NCBI GenBank assembly: GCA_963664815.2
Contig: CAXXHB010000003.1
Span: 4,201,688 to 4,265,687, forward strand
DNA from: Spirochaetota bacterium
GTDB taxonomy: Bacteria > Spirochaetota > UBA4802 > UBA5550
Length of the DNA: 64,000 bases
Direction: 5' to 3'
Below are positions 21,232 to 30,792 of this stretch, one piece after another. Position 1 is the stretch's first letter. Each line of letters opens with the position of its first letter. Under the pieces are notes generated by a model, which saw only the letters and a list, made by a program, of their open reading frames with translations, ran no database searches and had not been told where the DNA came from. The position numbers and the translations under genes are program-made.

Positions 21232-22028
21232 TTTTTACCTGCAATTATATTTAAAAAATCATTTACGGCTTCGGTAAATCCTGCTGGACCTGCTTTATTC
21301 ATAATTTTCCCTGCTGCATAATTCATAAAGCTTCCATCCGTTTTCCTTACAACATATGCATAATCAACAGAATCAAGCATCGGAATGTCATTCAGACTGT
21401 CACCCACAGCAGCTGTCATAATCTCATCATTAAAATTATCAGTATAAAACTCAATTATTTTTTTTACCGCTTCACCCTTTCCCGAATCATAAGGAATAAG
21501 ATGATTAAACCTTTCACCTTTTGTAATGCAAAGACTATGCTTTTTTAAGAGTCTATTCAGATAAAAAATTTCTGAATCAGTAAAGATATTTGTCTTATCT
21601 GTGAGAAAAGGGAGTGTAGTAATTCTTTTTTTTGAAAGTGCTGCACCTTGCAGATCAAGCCCTGTATACTCTGCTATTTCACTCTCAGGCAAAGAATTCA
21701 TCCCCTTCAAACTTCTTCCAGATATTCGCTCCAGTTCAGGAAGAAATTTGATAAGCTCCTCAATTCCCGGACCTTTTAATGTCAGGTTAAAATTCCATTC
21801 ATCATCCAATGGATATGCTATTCCAGCACCATTTTCAAAGACAAACGGATAACAGAGATTAAGTTCTTTCATCATAAGAATCATCTCATCAAATGTCTTG
21901 CTTGATACAGCAATCAGAGGGATGGACTTTTTTTTAAGAAGAGCTATTGCTTTCAGCGACAGATCGTACCTGTAATTGTTATGATCAATCAGTGTTCCAT
22001 CAACATCTGTAAAAAAAATATATTTCAC
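21219..22028 (-). CDS. HAD-IIB phosphatase, mannosyl/glucosyl-3-phosphoglycerate phosphatase (MpgP/YedP)-like
   Basis: 'FTDVDGTL', 'SSKTFDEM', 'FVFENGAGI', 'GKGEAV', 'GDSLNDIPML', 'GPAGFTEAV'. Confidence 0.82.
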   Translation of the reverse strand: MKYIFFTDVDGTLIDHNNYRYDLSLKAIALLKKKSIPLIAVSSKTFDEMILMMKELNLCYPFVFENGAGIAYPLDDEWNFNLTLKGPGIEELIKFLPELERISGRSLKGMNSLPESEIAEYTGLDLQGAALSKKRITTLPFLTDKTNIFTDSEIFYLNRLLKKHSLCITKGERFNHLIPYDSGKGEAVKKIIEFYTDNFNDEIMTAAVGDSLNDIPMLDSVDYAYVVRKTDGSFMNYAAGKIMNKAGPAGFTEAVNDFLNIIAGKKWKH

Positions 22029-24658
22029 TTCGCTGTCTTCTCTTTTACAAGTAGAAATTCCACACGACGGTTTCTCCTCCTGTTTTCATCATTATTGTTT
22101 GGATAAAACGGGAGGCTCTCACCCATTCCGACATATTTGAGTCTCGCTGTGTCCGTTCCTTTATGCACAAGATAGTTTTTCACTGCTGATGCCCTTTTTT
22201 CTGACAATGCAAGATTGTACTCTTCATCTCCTGCATCATCAGTATGCCCCTCTATAATTACATTGTATAAACAATACTTTTCAAGTATATGATAAACCCT
22301 ATCAAGAATCTTTGTCCCCCTTTTACCAATAATTGAACTTCCGAAGTCGAACTCAATATTGCTTACTCTCATTTTAAGTCCCCGTTCAGTGACTATAACA
22401 AGTATATCAACTTTAATTTTATCATTCGCCGTTTCTGAAACATTCCCAGCTGCATCGACAGCGCAGAACTGAACGTCATAATCAGACGCCGATTCAATTA
22501 GTTCCCCATTAATTCCTTTACCGTCCCATGTCAGATGATCCGGCACACTTCCCTTCCCACTGAATTTTTTAAACAGTATGCCGCTTTCATTATATATGTT
22601 TATTTCCCAACGGTCAAAACCAGTATTATCCGAGGCTTTCAGTTTCAGTATAAGATAATCATTTTCTCCATCACCATCCGGAGAAAAAAGATCTGGTTCA
22701 TGGGATATAGTAATGTAAGGCGGAGTACTGTCAAAAATAAGCCTCTTTGGAAAAGATATCGGATTATTACCGCTAACATACCACGCTGAAAAACGAACCT
22801 TATATATGCCATCATCAAGTTTTTTCCCTTTTAAATCGAGACAGTCCCAGTCTACAAAGCCAGGAACTGTCCCTGTTCCTGAGAGACTCCTTATAATATT
22901 TTTATCATTACTGTCTTTTATTGTAATTTCCCATCTTTCAATTCCTTTAACAGAAGAAAGATCTGGAAAAAATCTTAATAACGGCTTCTCTGCCTTTTTA
23001 TAAGAAAAATATTCATTCTCAAACCTTATATCCGCTGTTTCCATTTTTGTCGTTAGTATTATTTCACGTAATTCTGCAGATGCCCTGTTCCCCGCTTTAT
23101 CAGTTGAGGATACAGAGTAAAAGTATAACCCGTCAGGCAATACTGTTCCCGATTGATCAAAGCCTGCCCATACAACTTTCTCGGGGACTGACTCTCCACT
23201 CCATTCGAATGAAGAAACAGTTACACCCTCTGCATTTTTTATTTCACCTTTCCAGATATCTTCCGGTGAAGATTTGATTTTCTGATGAATTACTAGTATA
23301 TCTTTATTCTTATCACCGTTTGGAGAAAAAATCATAGAATCAGCTTTTATATTGACTATTGGAGGTGTATTGTCAATCACAAGCACTCCTGATTTAACCG
23401 GTGCTATGTTGTCCCTCGCATCCCATGCGTAAAAATAGTATTTATATTTTCCATCGGGAAGTTTATTCCCCGAATTATCGGTACCGTCCCACAAAATTTT
23501 TTCAGGAACCGTTATTGAGCTCTTTTTGCTGAAAAGCCTTTTAAAGAATACCGAAATGGTTATGCTGTCTTCAATTTCCCGGTCGCTCATCTTAAATTCT
23601 TTTACTATCATATCCTTTTCGTCTGAAATCTGAAGTTTCCATCCCCCTATCCGGCTCTGATCTCGGGCATCAATATCAAATATAAGATAGTCCTGAACTC
23701 CATCGTAATTTGGAGAGATGAAAGTATAATCCGGCTTTATAGTTAAAATCGGCGGTTCACGATCAATCGCTCCATATTCAACAGTAATCCCCGCAAAATG
23801 ATTTATTCCCTGATCTTGTGAGTAAGCCATCGCATAATTGATTGATGTGCTGAATGTATCACCGGTATATTTATACCCGATACCACCTGTATAAGTCATA
23901 TAATCATAACACTCCGGAATAACCGCCCCAGCCCTGAGAAAAAACGTTTTTAAAATTCCAGCTTCAAATCCTAACTTGACAGGATATTGTCTGCATTCTT
24001 TTATCACGGACAGATCATTATAAAATCCTAAACTAACGGTCCTGTTTCTGTAAAAATCAAAACTATATCCCGCAGAAACAGAATTAAGATCTGAATCCGC
24101 TCCAGAACTGTAGCCAGCATTAAATGTTATCCCAAACGCCGGGTTAATAAATCCAAAACCATTTATGGTAGATATTCCGTCAAACCTGTATATAATCCCC
24201 GGGTTTATCCCCGTGTAATAATTTTTTTCGTTAAATTCCGAGTACATCCCCTCAAAGGCAATCCCGAAAATAAGTTTCGCTGTAACCTCTTTTGCAATAC
24301 CAAAAGAAAAACAATACCCCTTCTGTTCAGGATTACCATCCACACCGAAATATCCCGCTCCGAAACCCAGAACACCATACATCGTTGGTACAGCCAATAC
24401 TGAATAGGGATAGAAAAAATCTCCACCAAGAGACCCGTAATTAAAACTCAAACTGAATCTTTCCAGAAGTGCCATGGAGGCAGGATTAAACGGAGAAAAT
24501 TCACCAGAAACTGAGGATACACCAGTTCCGGCTCTTCCGGTATAATATGCACTACCTCCAGAAAGAAAAGAATTTCCTGCCGATGATGCATTTAATGCAG
24601 ATATAAATGATACAATAAATACTGGGATTAGAAATATGAACTGTTTCTTTAATTTCAT
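22025..24658 (-). CDS. Outer-membrane protein: N-terminal FadL/PorV-like beta-barrel, four FlgD/CHU_C-like Ig repeats, C-terminal OmpA peptidoglycan-binding domain
   Basis: Signal peptide, 'GRAGTGVS...FNPASMA', repeats (I/F)SP(N/D)xD...WxG.D..G..LPDG.Y, and 'IEGHTDD...NLALSEKRA...NRRVEF'. Confidence 0.8.
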   Translation of the reverse strand: MKLKKQFIFLIPVFIVSFISALNASSAGNSFLSGGSAYYTGRAGTGVSSVSGEFSPFNPASMALLERFSLSFNYGSLGGDFFYPYSVLAVPTMYGVLGFGAGYFGVDGNPEQKGYCFSFGIAKEVTAKLIFGIAFEGMYSEFNEKNYYTGINPGIIYRFDGISTINGFGFINPAFGITFNAGYSSGADSDLNSVSAGYSFDFYRNRTVSLGFYNDLSVIKECRQYPVKLGFEAGILKTFFLRAGAVIPECYDYMTYTGGIGYKYTGDTFSTSINYAMAYSQDQGINHFAGITVEYGAIDREPPILTIKPDYTFISPNYDGVQDYLIFDIDARDQSRIGGWKLQISDEKDMIVKEFKMSDREIEDSITISVFFKRLFSKKSSITVPEKILWDGTDNSGNKLPDGKYKYYFYAWDARDNIAPVKSGVLVIDNTPPIVNIKADSMIFSPNGDKNKDILVIHQKIKSSPEDIWKGEIKNAEGVTVSSFEWSGESVPEKVVWAGFDQSGTVLPDGLYFYSVSSTDKAGNRASAELREIILTTKMETADIRFENEYFSYKKAEKPLLRFFPDLSSVKGIERWEITIKDSNDKNIIRSLSGTGTVPGFVDWDCLDLKGKKLDDGIYKVRFSAWYVSGNNPISFPKRLIFDSTPPYITISHEPDLFSPDGDGENDYLILKLKASDNTGFDRWEINIYNESGILFKKFSGKGSVPDHLTWDGKGINGELIESASDYDVQFCAVDAAGNVSETANDKIKVDILVIVTERGLKMRVSNIEFDFGSSIIGKRGTKILDRVYHILEKYCLYNVIIEGHTDDAGDEEYNLALSEKRASAVKNYLVHKGTDTARLKYVGMGESLPFYPNNNDENRRRNRRVEFLLVKEKTAK

Positions 24659-24822
24659 AAATAACACTTAAGTTTAAATTTAATGACAGATTACATCTAT
24701 CTGGAATCGAATCAAGACTTTTTTACAACATGAGATTTTACTGCGTTTATGTTTTTGAAATTATATATAAAAAAAATACCAAATGCTTGAAAAAATCGGA
24801 TATATAATAGTAATTATCCTCT

Positions 24823-25782
24823 ATGAGAATAGTTGAGGCAAATGAAAAGAATATACAGATATCCGCAGACATTATAAAATGCGGAGGGCTTGTTGCTTTC
24901 CCCACGGAAACGGTTTATGGCTTAGGCGCCGATGCCCTGAATCCCGTTGCAACAGCAAGGATATTTGAGGCAAAAAATAGACCCTCCTTTGATCCACTTA
25001 TTGTTCACATAGCTGAACTTTCAGATATCGAGAAAATTGCACGGCATATCGATCCTAAGGGATTCAGATTAATGGAAAAATTCTGGCCTGGACCGCTTAC
25101 CATAGTACTTGGAAAAAAAGATATAGTCCCCGATATAGTTACCTCGGGATTGCCCACTGTTGCGCTGAGAATGCCCTTACATCCGGCGGCAAGATCGCTC
25201 ATCCGTGCTGCTGGTACGCCAATTGCCGCCCCCAGCGCTAACAGATTCGGATGTCTCAGCCCCACCACGGCACAACATGTTTATAATCAGCTGGGTGAGT
25301 CTGTTGACATTATACTCGATGGAGGATCATGCAGTATCGGAATCGAATCCACAATAGTCAAGATTATGGATAACAGAGTATATCTCCTAAGACCCGGCGG
25401 AACCGCAGATGAAGAGATTGAAGACTATATTGGTGAAACACTTCTTGCTGACAGCCCGCATGACAAACCTGAGGCGCCGGGTCAGCTTCCATACCACTAC
25501 TCTCCTGAAAAACAGGTTATACTTATAGACAAAATCATTACCTGCGATAAACGTAGCGGTTATCTTTTTTTCAGAAAACCGGGATTTAAATACCCTGAAG
25601 ATCAATCAAGAGTTCTTTCAGAAAATGGAGACATGAGGGAAGCTGCTGCGAATCTTTTTTTACATCTTCACTGGCTCGACATGCTTGATATAGATAAAAT
25701 ATATGTTGAAAGAGTTGACGGAGCAGGTTTAGGCCTCGCTATAATGGACAGGCTGAAAAAAGCATCAATGAGATTCATCTGA
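24823..25782 (+). CDS. sua5: Threonylcarbamoyl-AMP synthase (Sua5 long form)
   Basis: 'VAFPTETVYGLGADA', 'KNRPSFDPLIVH', 'FWPGPLT', 'AAPSANRFG', and a C-terminal SUA5 domain 'AIMDRLKKAS'. Confidence 0.95.
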   Translation: MRIVEANEKNIQISADIIKCGGLVAFPTETVYGLGADALNPVATARIFEAKNRPSFDPLIVHIAELSDIEKIARHIDPKGFRLMEKFWPGPLTIVLGKKDIVPDIVTSGLPTVALRMPLHPAARSLIRAAGTPIAAPSANRFGCLSPTTAQHVYNQLGESVDIILDGGSCSIGIESTIVKIMDNRVYLLRPGGTADEEIEDYIGETLLADSPHDKPEAPGQLPYHYSPEKQVILIDKIITCDKRSGYLFFRKPGFKYPEDQSRVLSENGDMREAAANLFLHLHWLDMLDIDKIYVERVDGAGLGLAIMDRLKKASMRFI

Positions 25783-25803
25783 AATATGTAAAAGGAAAAA
25801 ACA

Positions 25804-26583
25804 ATGAATTCCGGAAAAGATTTATTTATAGATACAAAAATTCATAGCTCAATCTTCACAGGATTTATAAACACATTCCGATCATTTTCATTGTTATGGA
25901 ACGATAAAGATCTGCTGATTTATTTCATCGTTCCATTTTTTCTTAATATAGCAATACTCTCTATTATATTCTATTTCTCGTACACTTCACTTGTCCCATT
26001 AATTCAGTCATTTCTTTCCGGTGACCAGTGGTATATACAGTTTATCCGTTTTTTAGTCTCCCCTGTACTTTTTGCAATGATTCTTATATCTTCGGTTTTC
26101 ATTTATTCAATTGCCGGAGTAATTATCACATCTCCCTTTCTCGATATTCTTTCCGGAAAAACTGAAAAATCTCTCGATATTGCAGACAGCGGAGGGGAAT
26201 TTTATTTTAAAGATATCACATTTGACATTCTCCGTGTTATATTAAATACAATCCGCCTTCTCTTTCTTTTAATTATAATAAACTTCCTTCTACTGCTTAT
26301 CAATATTATTCCAGGCGGGAGCTTTTTATATATTTTTTTAAATTTTTTTTCCGCTCTGTTTTTCTATGGTTTTCAGTTTTATGATTTCCCTCTTGAAAGA
26401 AGAAGATACAGTTTCAATGAAAAACTGATTATCACATGGAAATTCCGATGGTCAGTCTTAGGTAGTGGACTTTCCTTTTTCCTTATTTCATTCATACCTG
26501 TAATTGGTTTCCTGGGACTGAATCTCTGCACCATTGGAGCTGCATTAACATATAACGAAGATATTCACCCTGTATTAAGATAA
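25804..26583 (+). CDS. CysZ / EI24-family membrane protein
   Basis: 'IITSPFLDILSGKTE', 'FQFYDFPLERR', 'FIPVIG'. Confidence 0.78.
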   Translation: MNSGKDLFIDTKIHSSIFTGFINTFRSFSLLWNDKDLLIYFIVPFFLNIAILSIIFYFSYTSLVPLIQSFLSGDQWYIQFIRFLVSPVLFAMILISSVFIYSIAGVIITSPFLDILSGKTEKSLDIADSGGEFYFKDITFDILRVILNTIRLLFLLIIINFLLLLINIIPGGSFLYIFLNFFSALFFYGFQFYDFPLERRRYSFNEKLIITWKFRWSVLGSGLSFFLISFIPVIGFLGLNLCTIGAALTYNEDIHPVLR

Positions 26584-26695
26584 ATTCTAAAAACACTTCG
26601 GGATCTTCTTTCCGATAATATCAATAAAAGAAAGGAATCAACAAATCGAAGGTATAACTTAATAACACTGACTGTAAAAAATATTTCAGTTATAA

Positions 26696-27313
26696 ATGGA
26701 GAAAACTTCCGTGAAAAGTAAATTCATAGTATTTGAAGGAATAGACGGCTCTGGCAAATCCACACAGTGTTCGCTTCTTTATAATTTCATACTATCTCAA
26801 AATATTCCAGCCAGGCTTCTTGCCGAACCGACAGCAGGAGAATACGGTAAGATGATCAGAAAAATGCTTCAAGGTGAAACTGCTATATCTGTAAAAGAGC
26901 AGATACAGTTATTCATGGATGACCGACAGCAGGATTGCGAACTAAACATTAACCCATGCATAGAGAAAGGCATAACCATCGTTATGGACAGATATTTTTA
27001 TTCCAATGCCGCATACCAGGGCTCACAGAATTTTTCACCTGCAGAAATAATCAAAAAAAATATAAACAGAGGATTCCCGCTTCCTGACCGAGTTTATTAT
27101 ATCGATATTGAACCTGCTGAGGCATTGAAAAGAATCATGACAAGAAACGGTACAGGTAAAACTGATCTTTTCGAAAAAAAGACATTCCTTGATGTAGTAA
27201 GAGATAATTTTTTATCCTTTATTGACGAACGATTTTTCAAAATAGATGGGAACCTTAGCCCTGAAGTAATTTTCAGTATTATAAAAAACGACTATATTTC
27301 ATTAATCAGTTAA
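26696..27313 (+). CDS. tmk: Thymidylate kinase
   Basis: 'FIVFEGIDGSGKSTQ', 'EPT', 'DRYFYSNAAYQG'. Confidence 0.95.
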   Translation: MEKTSVKSKFIVFEGIDGSGKSTQCSLLYNFILSQNIPARLLAEPTAGEYGKMIRKMLQGETAISVKEQIQLFMDDRQQDCELNINPCIEKGITIVMDRYFYSNAAYQGSQNFSPAEIIKKNINRGFPLPDRVYYIDIEPAEALKRIMTRNGTGKTDLFEKKTFLDVVRDNFLSFIDERFFKIDGNLSPEVIFSIIKNDYISLIS

Positions 27314-27337
27314 AGCTAAAACAATCTGGAGAAATCG

Positions 27338-29785
27338 ATGCTAAAAATGAAATTAACCTTTCTAATTATTTTATTTGCAACTTCTGTTACGCCATATTTA
27401 TATTCTGCAGATAATCCTTTTCCTCTTCCCCCTTCTGCGTTTTCGGCAAGTTACTCCGTGGGTTCATTTTCTTCATTGCTGAATCCGGTATTTACAGATA
27501 TTGATAATACCGGTACTCTGGCATTCCGATACTTATCATATAACAATACAGATGACGCTAATCTTTTTTCATCACTGAATTTATTCGGTTTTGATTTTTC
27601 ATTTTGCAGGTATAACACAATTCCTGATGTAAACGGTAATAATTTACTTGAATCAGGTACAAATTTTTATAGTATAAACAGGGGGGTTTTCTTCGAAAAT
27701 GTTTTCGGTTTCGGTGCAGGTTATTCATTTACCGCAGGGGGAGATGATTATTTCAGAGACTTCAGCGGATGGAATATAGGATTACTTTACAGACCTGTGC
27801 CATATTTCTCTTTTGGAATTGTATTCAGGAACATTCATGGACAGATAAATGAAGAAAAAATTAATAGAAACGATGTATACTCAGTATCATTAAGACCATG
27901 GGGAGAGAAACTAACACTCTCCGGCGATTACATAAAAAAAGAGAATAAAAGTTTCAAAAATTCTGAATTCTGTTATTCTGGAGAATTCAAATTAAAAGAA
28001 GGGATGACCCTTCTTTTAAAATATAATACCGCTGACAGTTTTACAGCCGGGTTGACTTTCCCCTTTTTCATTAGAGACAAAAACGGAATTGAAATAATTC
28101 CGGATGTATATGCATCCGGCAAATCTGAAACTTCAAATTTCTACAGTACTGGTATATCTTTAAGTTTAAAAAGAAATGATGAAGCTATGCCGGTAGCGAT
28201 TAAACAGAATTTTATCAATTTGAAAATCAACGGGGACTATGCATCGGAACGTGATGAACCGTCATTCTTTCAGAAAAGAAAGCCAGTTTTTCAGGATCTT
28301 GTAAGGTGTATAGAGAAAGCGAGATACGACCAGACTATATCAGGCATTATAATAGAAATAAATAACACCGGTTTTGGCATGGCCCAGGTCCAGGAGGTAA
28401 GAGATCTGTTGAACAGATACCGTACAGGGGGGAAAAAGGTCTATGTAATACTTAACTATTCCGGTAACAAGGAATATTATCTTGCAACAGCCTCAGACAA
28501 AATTTTTTTTACGCCAAACAGTACTTTTGCAATAACAGGACTTACAGTTAAAACCTATTTTTTCAAAGGACTTTTTGATAAAACCGGGGTTAAATATGAA
28601 TCGGTTAGCAAAGGTAAATACAAATCATTTAATGAAATGTTCACAAGAAAAGAGATGTCCATAGAAGCCAGAGAAAATATAACTGCAATAGTTTCTGAAC
28701 TTAATGACCAGTATATAAATGGGATAATTGAAAGTAGAAAGCTCACTCGTGACGCCGTAGAAGAACTCTTTAAAAAAGGATTTTACACTCCCGCTGAAGC
28801 TAAAGATAAAGGATTTATAGATGAAGTAATGTATGCCAATGAGGCCAACTTTTTAATTGGTAAAAATATCCGCACAATCCCGCTTGAAGATTACATTGAA
28901 GAAAAGACCCGGATTACAACCTGGGGATCCATTCCAACCATAGCAGTTATAAATGTAAACGGTTCAATAATCTCCGGTGATGGTAGCAACTCTGCAATTA
29001 CAAATACCACTGGAGACAACGACTATAAATATGCAATTGATACCGCATTCAGTGATCCGTCAGTCAAAGCAGTCGTTATAAGAATCAATTCAGGCGGAGG
29101 TTCAGCTGCCGCTTCTGATTTTATGTGGAACACTCTTTATTCCGCGAAAAAAGATAACCCGAAGCCTGTAGTTTTTTCTTTCGGTAACACTGCTGCTTCG
29201 GGAGGATACTATATAGCCTGTACAGGAGATATGATCTTTGCAGAAAAAGGAACCATTACAGGTTCTATAGGAGTTATCGCGGGGAAAGTAACAACTGAGG
29301 AACTATACTCAAAGCTCGGCATAAGTACAGAAACCATAAAAATGAGTGAATTTGCCGATATTTTTTCCGAATCAAGAAGCCTCACTCAAAAAGAGAAGAA
29401 ACTTTTACAAAAAGGAATAAGCTTCATTTACGACAGATTTACCGGAAAAGTTATGGAAGGGAGAGGTATTTCGAAAGAAGAAATATCCAAAGTTGCAGAG
29501 GGGAGAATTCACACTGGTGCAGCTGCAAAGGAAAACAGGCTTGTTAATGAAACAGGGGGGATTATTGCAGCTATTGAATATGCAAGGATTAAAGCAGAAA
29601 TGAACTCACAATACAAAATTGTAAATCTACCGGAAAACAGATCATTTATTGATGGCTTAATCGACGAAAAAATTTCAGCTTCATACTTTAAGCATATGAA
29701 ATTCCTGCTCCAGAACATTGAACAATACAGGATGCTAGAGGAGAAAACCCTTTATCTACAGCCGTACACGATTGAAATTGAATAA
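27338..29785 (+). CDS. sppA: Signal peptide peptidase SppA (tandem S49) with an extra ~260 aa N-terminal beta-rich domain
   Basis: 'YYLATASDKI', 'GKYKS', 'RINSGGGSAAASD', 'AASGGYYIAC', 'TGSIGV'. N-terminus is a signal peptide followed by amphipathic beta-strands. Confidence 0.9.
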   Translation: MLKMKLTFLIILFATSVTPYLYSADNPFPLPPSAFSASYSVGSFSSLLNPVFTDIDNTGTLAFRYLSYNNTDDANLFSSLNLFGFDFSFCRYNTIPDVNGNNLLESGTNFYSINRGVFFENVFGFGAGYSFTAGGDDYFRDFSGWNIGLLYRPVPYFSFGIVFRNIHGQINEEKINRNDVYSVSLRPWGEKLTLSGDYIKKENKSFKNSEFCYSGEFKLKEGMTLLLKYNTADSFTAGLTFPFFIRDKNGIEIIPDVYASGKSETSNFYSTGISLSLKRNDEAMPVAIKQNFINLKINGDYASERDEPSFFQKRKPVFQDLVRCIEKARYDQTISGIIIEINNTGFGMAQVQEVRDLLNRYRTGGKKVYVILNYSGNKEYYLATASDKIFFTPNSTFAITGLTVKTYFFKGLFDKTGVKYESVSKGKYKSFNEMFTRKEMSIEARENITAIVSELNDQYINGIIESRKLTRDAVEELFKKGFYTPAEAKDKGFIDEVMYANEANFLIGKNIRTIPLEDYIEEKTRITTWGSIPTIAVINVNGSIISGDGSNSAITNTTGDNDYKYAIDTAFSDPSVKAVVIRINSGGGSAAASDFMWNTLYSAKKDNPKPVVFSFGNTAASGGYYIACTGDMIFAEKGTITGSIGVIAGKVTTEELYSKLGISTETIKMSEFADIFSESRSLTQKEKKLLQKGISFIYDRFTGKVMEGRGISKEEISKVAEGRIHTGAAAKENRLVNETGGIIAAIEYARIKAEMNSQYKIVNLPENRSFIDGLIDEKISASYFKHMKFLLQNIEQYRMLEEKTLYLQPYTIEIE

Positions 29786-29847
29786 ACTAAATTTGTTGAC
29801 AAATATTAAAAATTGAATTATTCATATAAAATATAAGGCAGGTTAAT

Positions 29848-30789
29848 ATGAAAGTTACTCTGGCAAATCATACAAAAACATTACTTAAACCCTTGGAGGA
29901 GATCGCTCCCGATTTTAATCTGGATATTACTGAGCTTCATAATCAACCACTAGTTGAAGTGCTGAACACAGACATGCCAGAGCTCGTAATAATAAACTGG
30001 ATCGATGGAATGAATGATGAAATATGCTCTGGCATAAAAAAAATAAAGAATATGAAAAGCCGTCCATATATACTGCTTATAGGTACCAGAGATACAGCCG
30101 GCAACCTGTCTGAAGGAATAAAATCTGGCGCTGATGATTTTATCTCGATTCCTTTTACAAAAGATGAACTTAAACTGAAATTTCAGGTCATTAAAAAAAA
30201 TAACGATCTCAAAAATAATCTGATGAAGACAAAGAAAAAACTACTCAGATTTGCAAAAGAGGATCCAGTAACATCAGTTCTGAACAGGAGAGCGCTTCTG
30301 GATGAAATGCTTAATGAAATGGGCCGCGCATCAAGAAACGGCGATTTTACATGTTCAATAATGATAAATCTCCACAATTATAATGAACTTCTTAATGAGA
30401 CAGGTACCAAAGTTTTCGAAGCATTCCTCGGTGAATTTGCTTCACGACTTAAAAAATCAATAAGACCTTATGACAAAATTGGAAGATTTGAATTATCCCG
30501 TTTTATAATATTCCTCCCCCATGCTAAAAATAAAGACGCCGAAAAGGTTGCAGAGAGAATTATTAAGAATCTTCAGAGTAAAAAATTCAGGTATAAAAAT
30601 AATTACATAGAACCATGTATTTCGATAGGAATATCGGAGCTCGATCCTGCTCATGTTGAAAAAACTGGCAAACCCGAAGACCATCAGATGAATGACCTGA
30701 TACTTGAATCATTCATAAGAAGATCCGAATTTGCGACAAGCAGAGCGTGTGAAAAAGGCGACAATAAAATAGAAATTTATTCTTTTTGA
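29848..30789 (+). CDS. Pseudo-receiver plus degenerate GGDEF protein
   Basis: 'GADDFISIPF', 'DPVTSVLNRR'. RPYD I-site followed by ELSRF in place of GGDEF. Confidence 0.82.
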   Translation: MKVTLANHTKTLLKPLEEIAPDFNLDITELHNQPLVEVLNTDMPELVIINWIDGMNDEICSGIKKIKNMKSRPYILLIGTRDTAGNLSEGIKSGADDFISIPFTKDELKLKFQVIKKNNDLKNNLMKTKKKLLRFAKEDPVTSVLNRRALLDEMLNEMGRASRNGDFTCSIMINLHNYNELLNETGTKVFEAFLGEFASRLKKSIRPYDKIGRFELSRFIIFLPHAKNKDAEKVAERIIKNLQSKKFRYKNNYIEPCISIGISELDPAHVEKTGKPEDHQMNDLILESFIRRSEFATSRACEKGDNKIEIYSF

Positions 30790-30792
30790 ATA

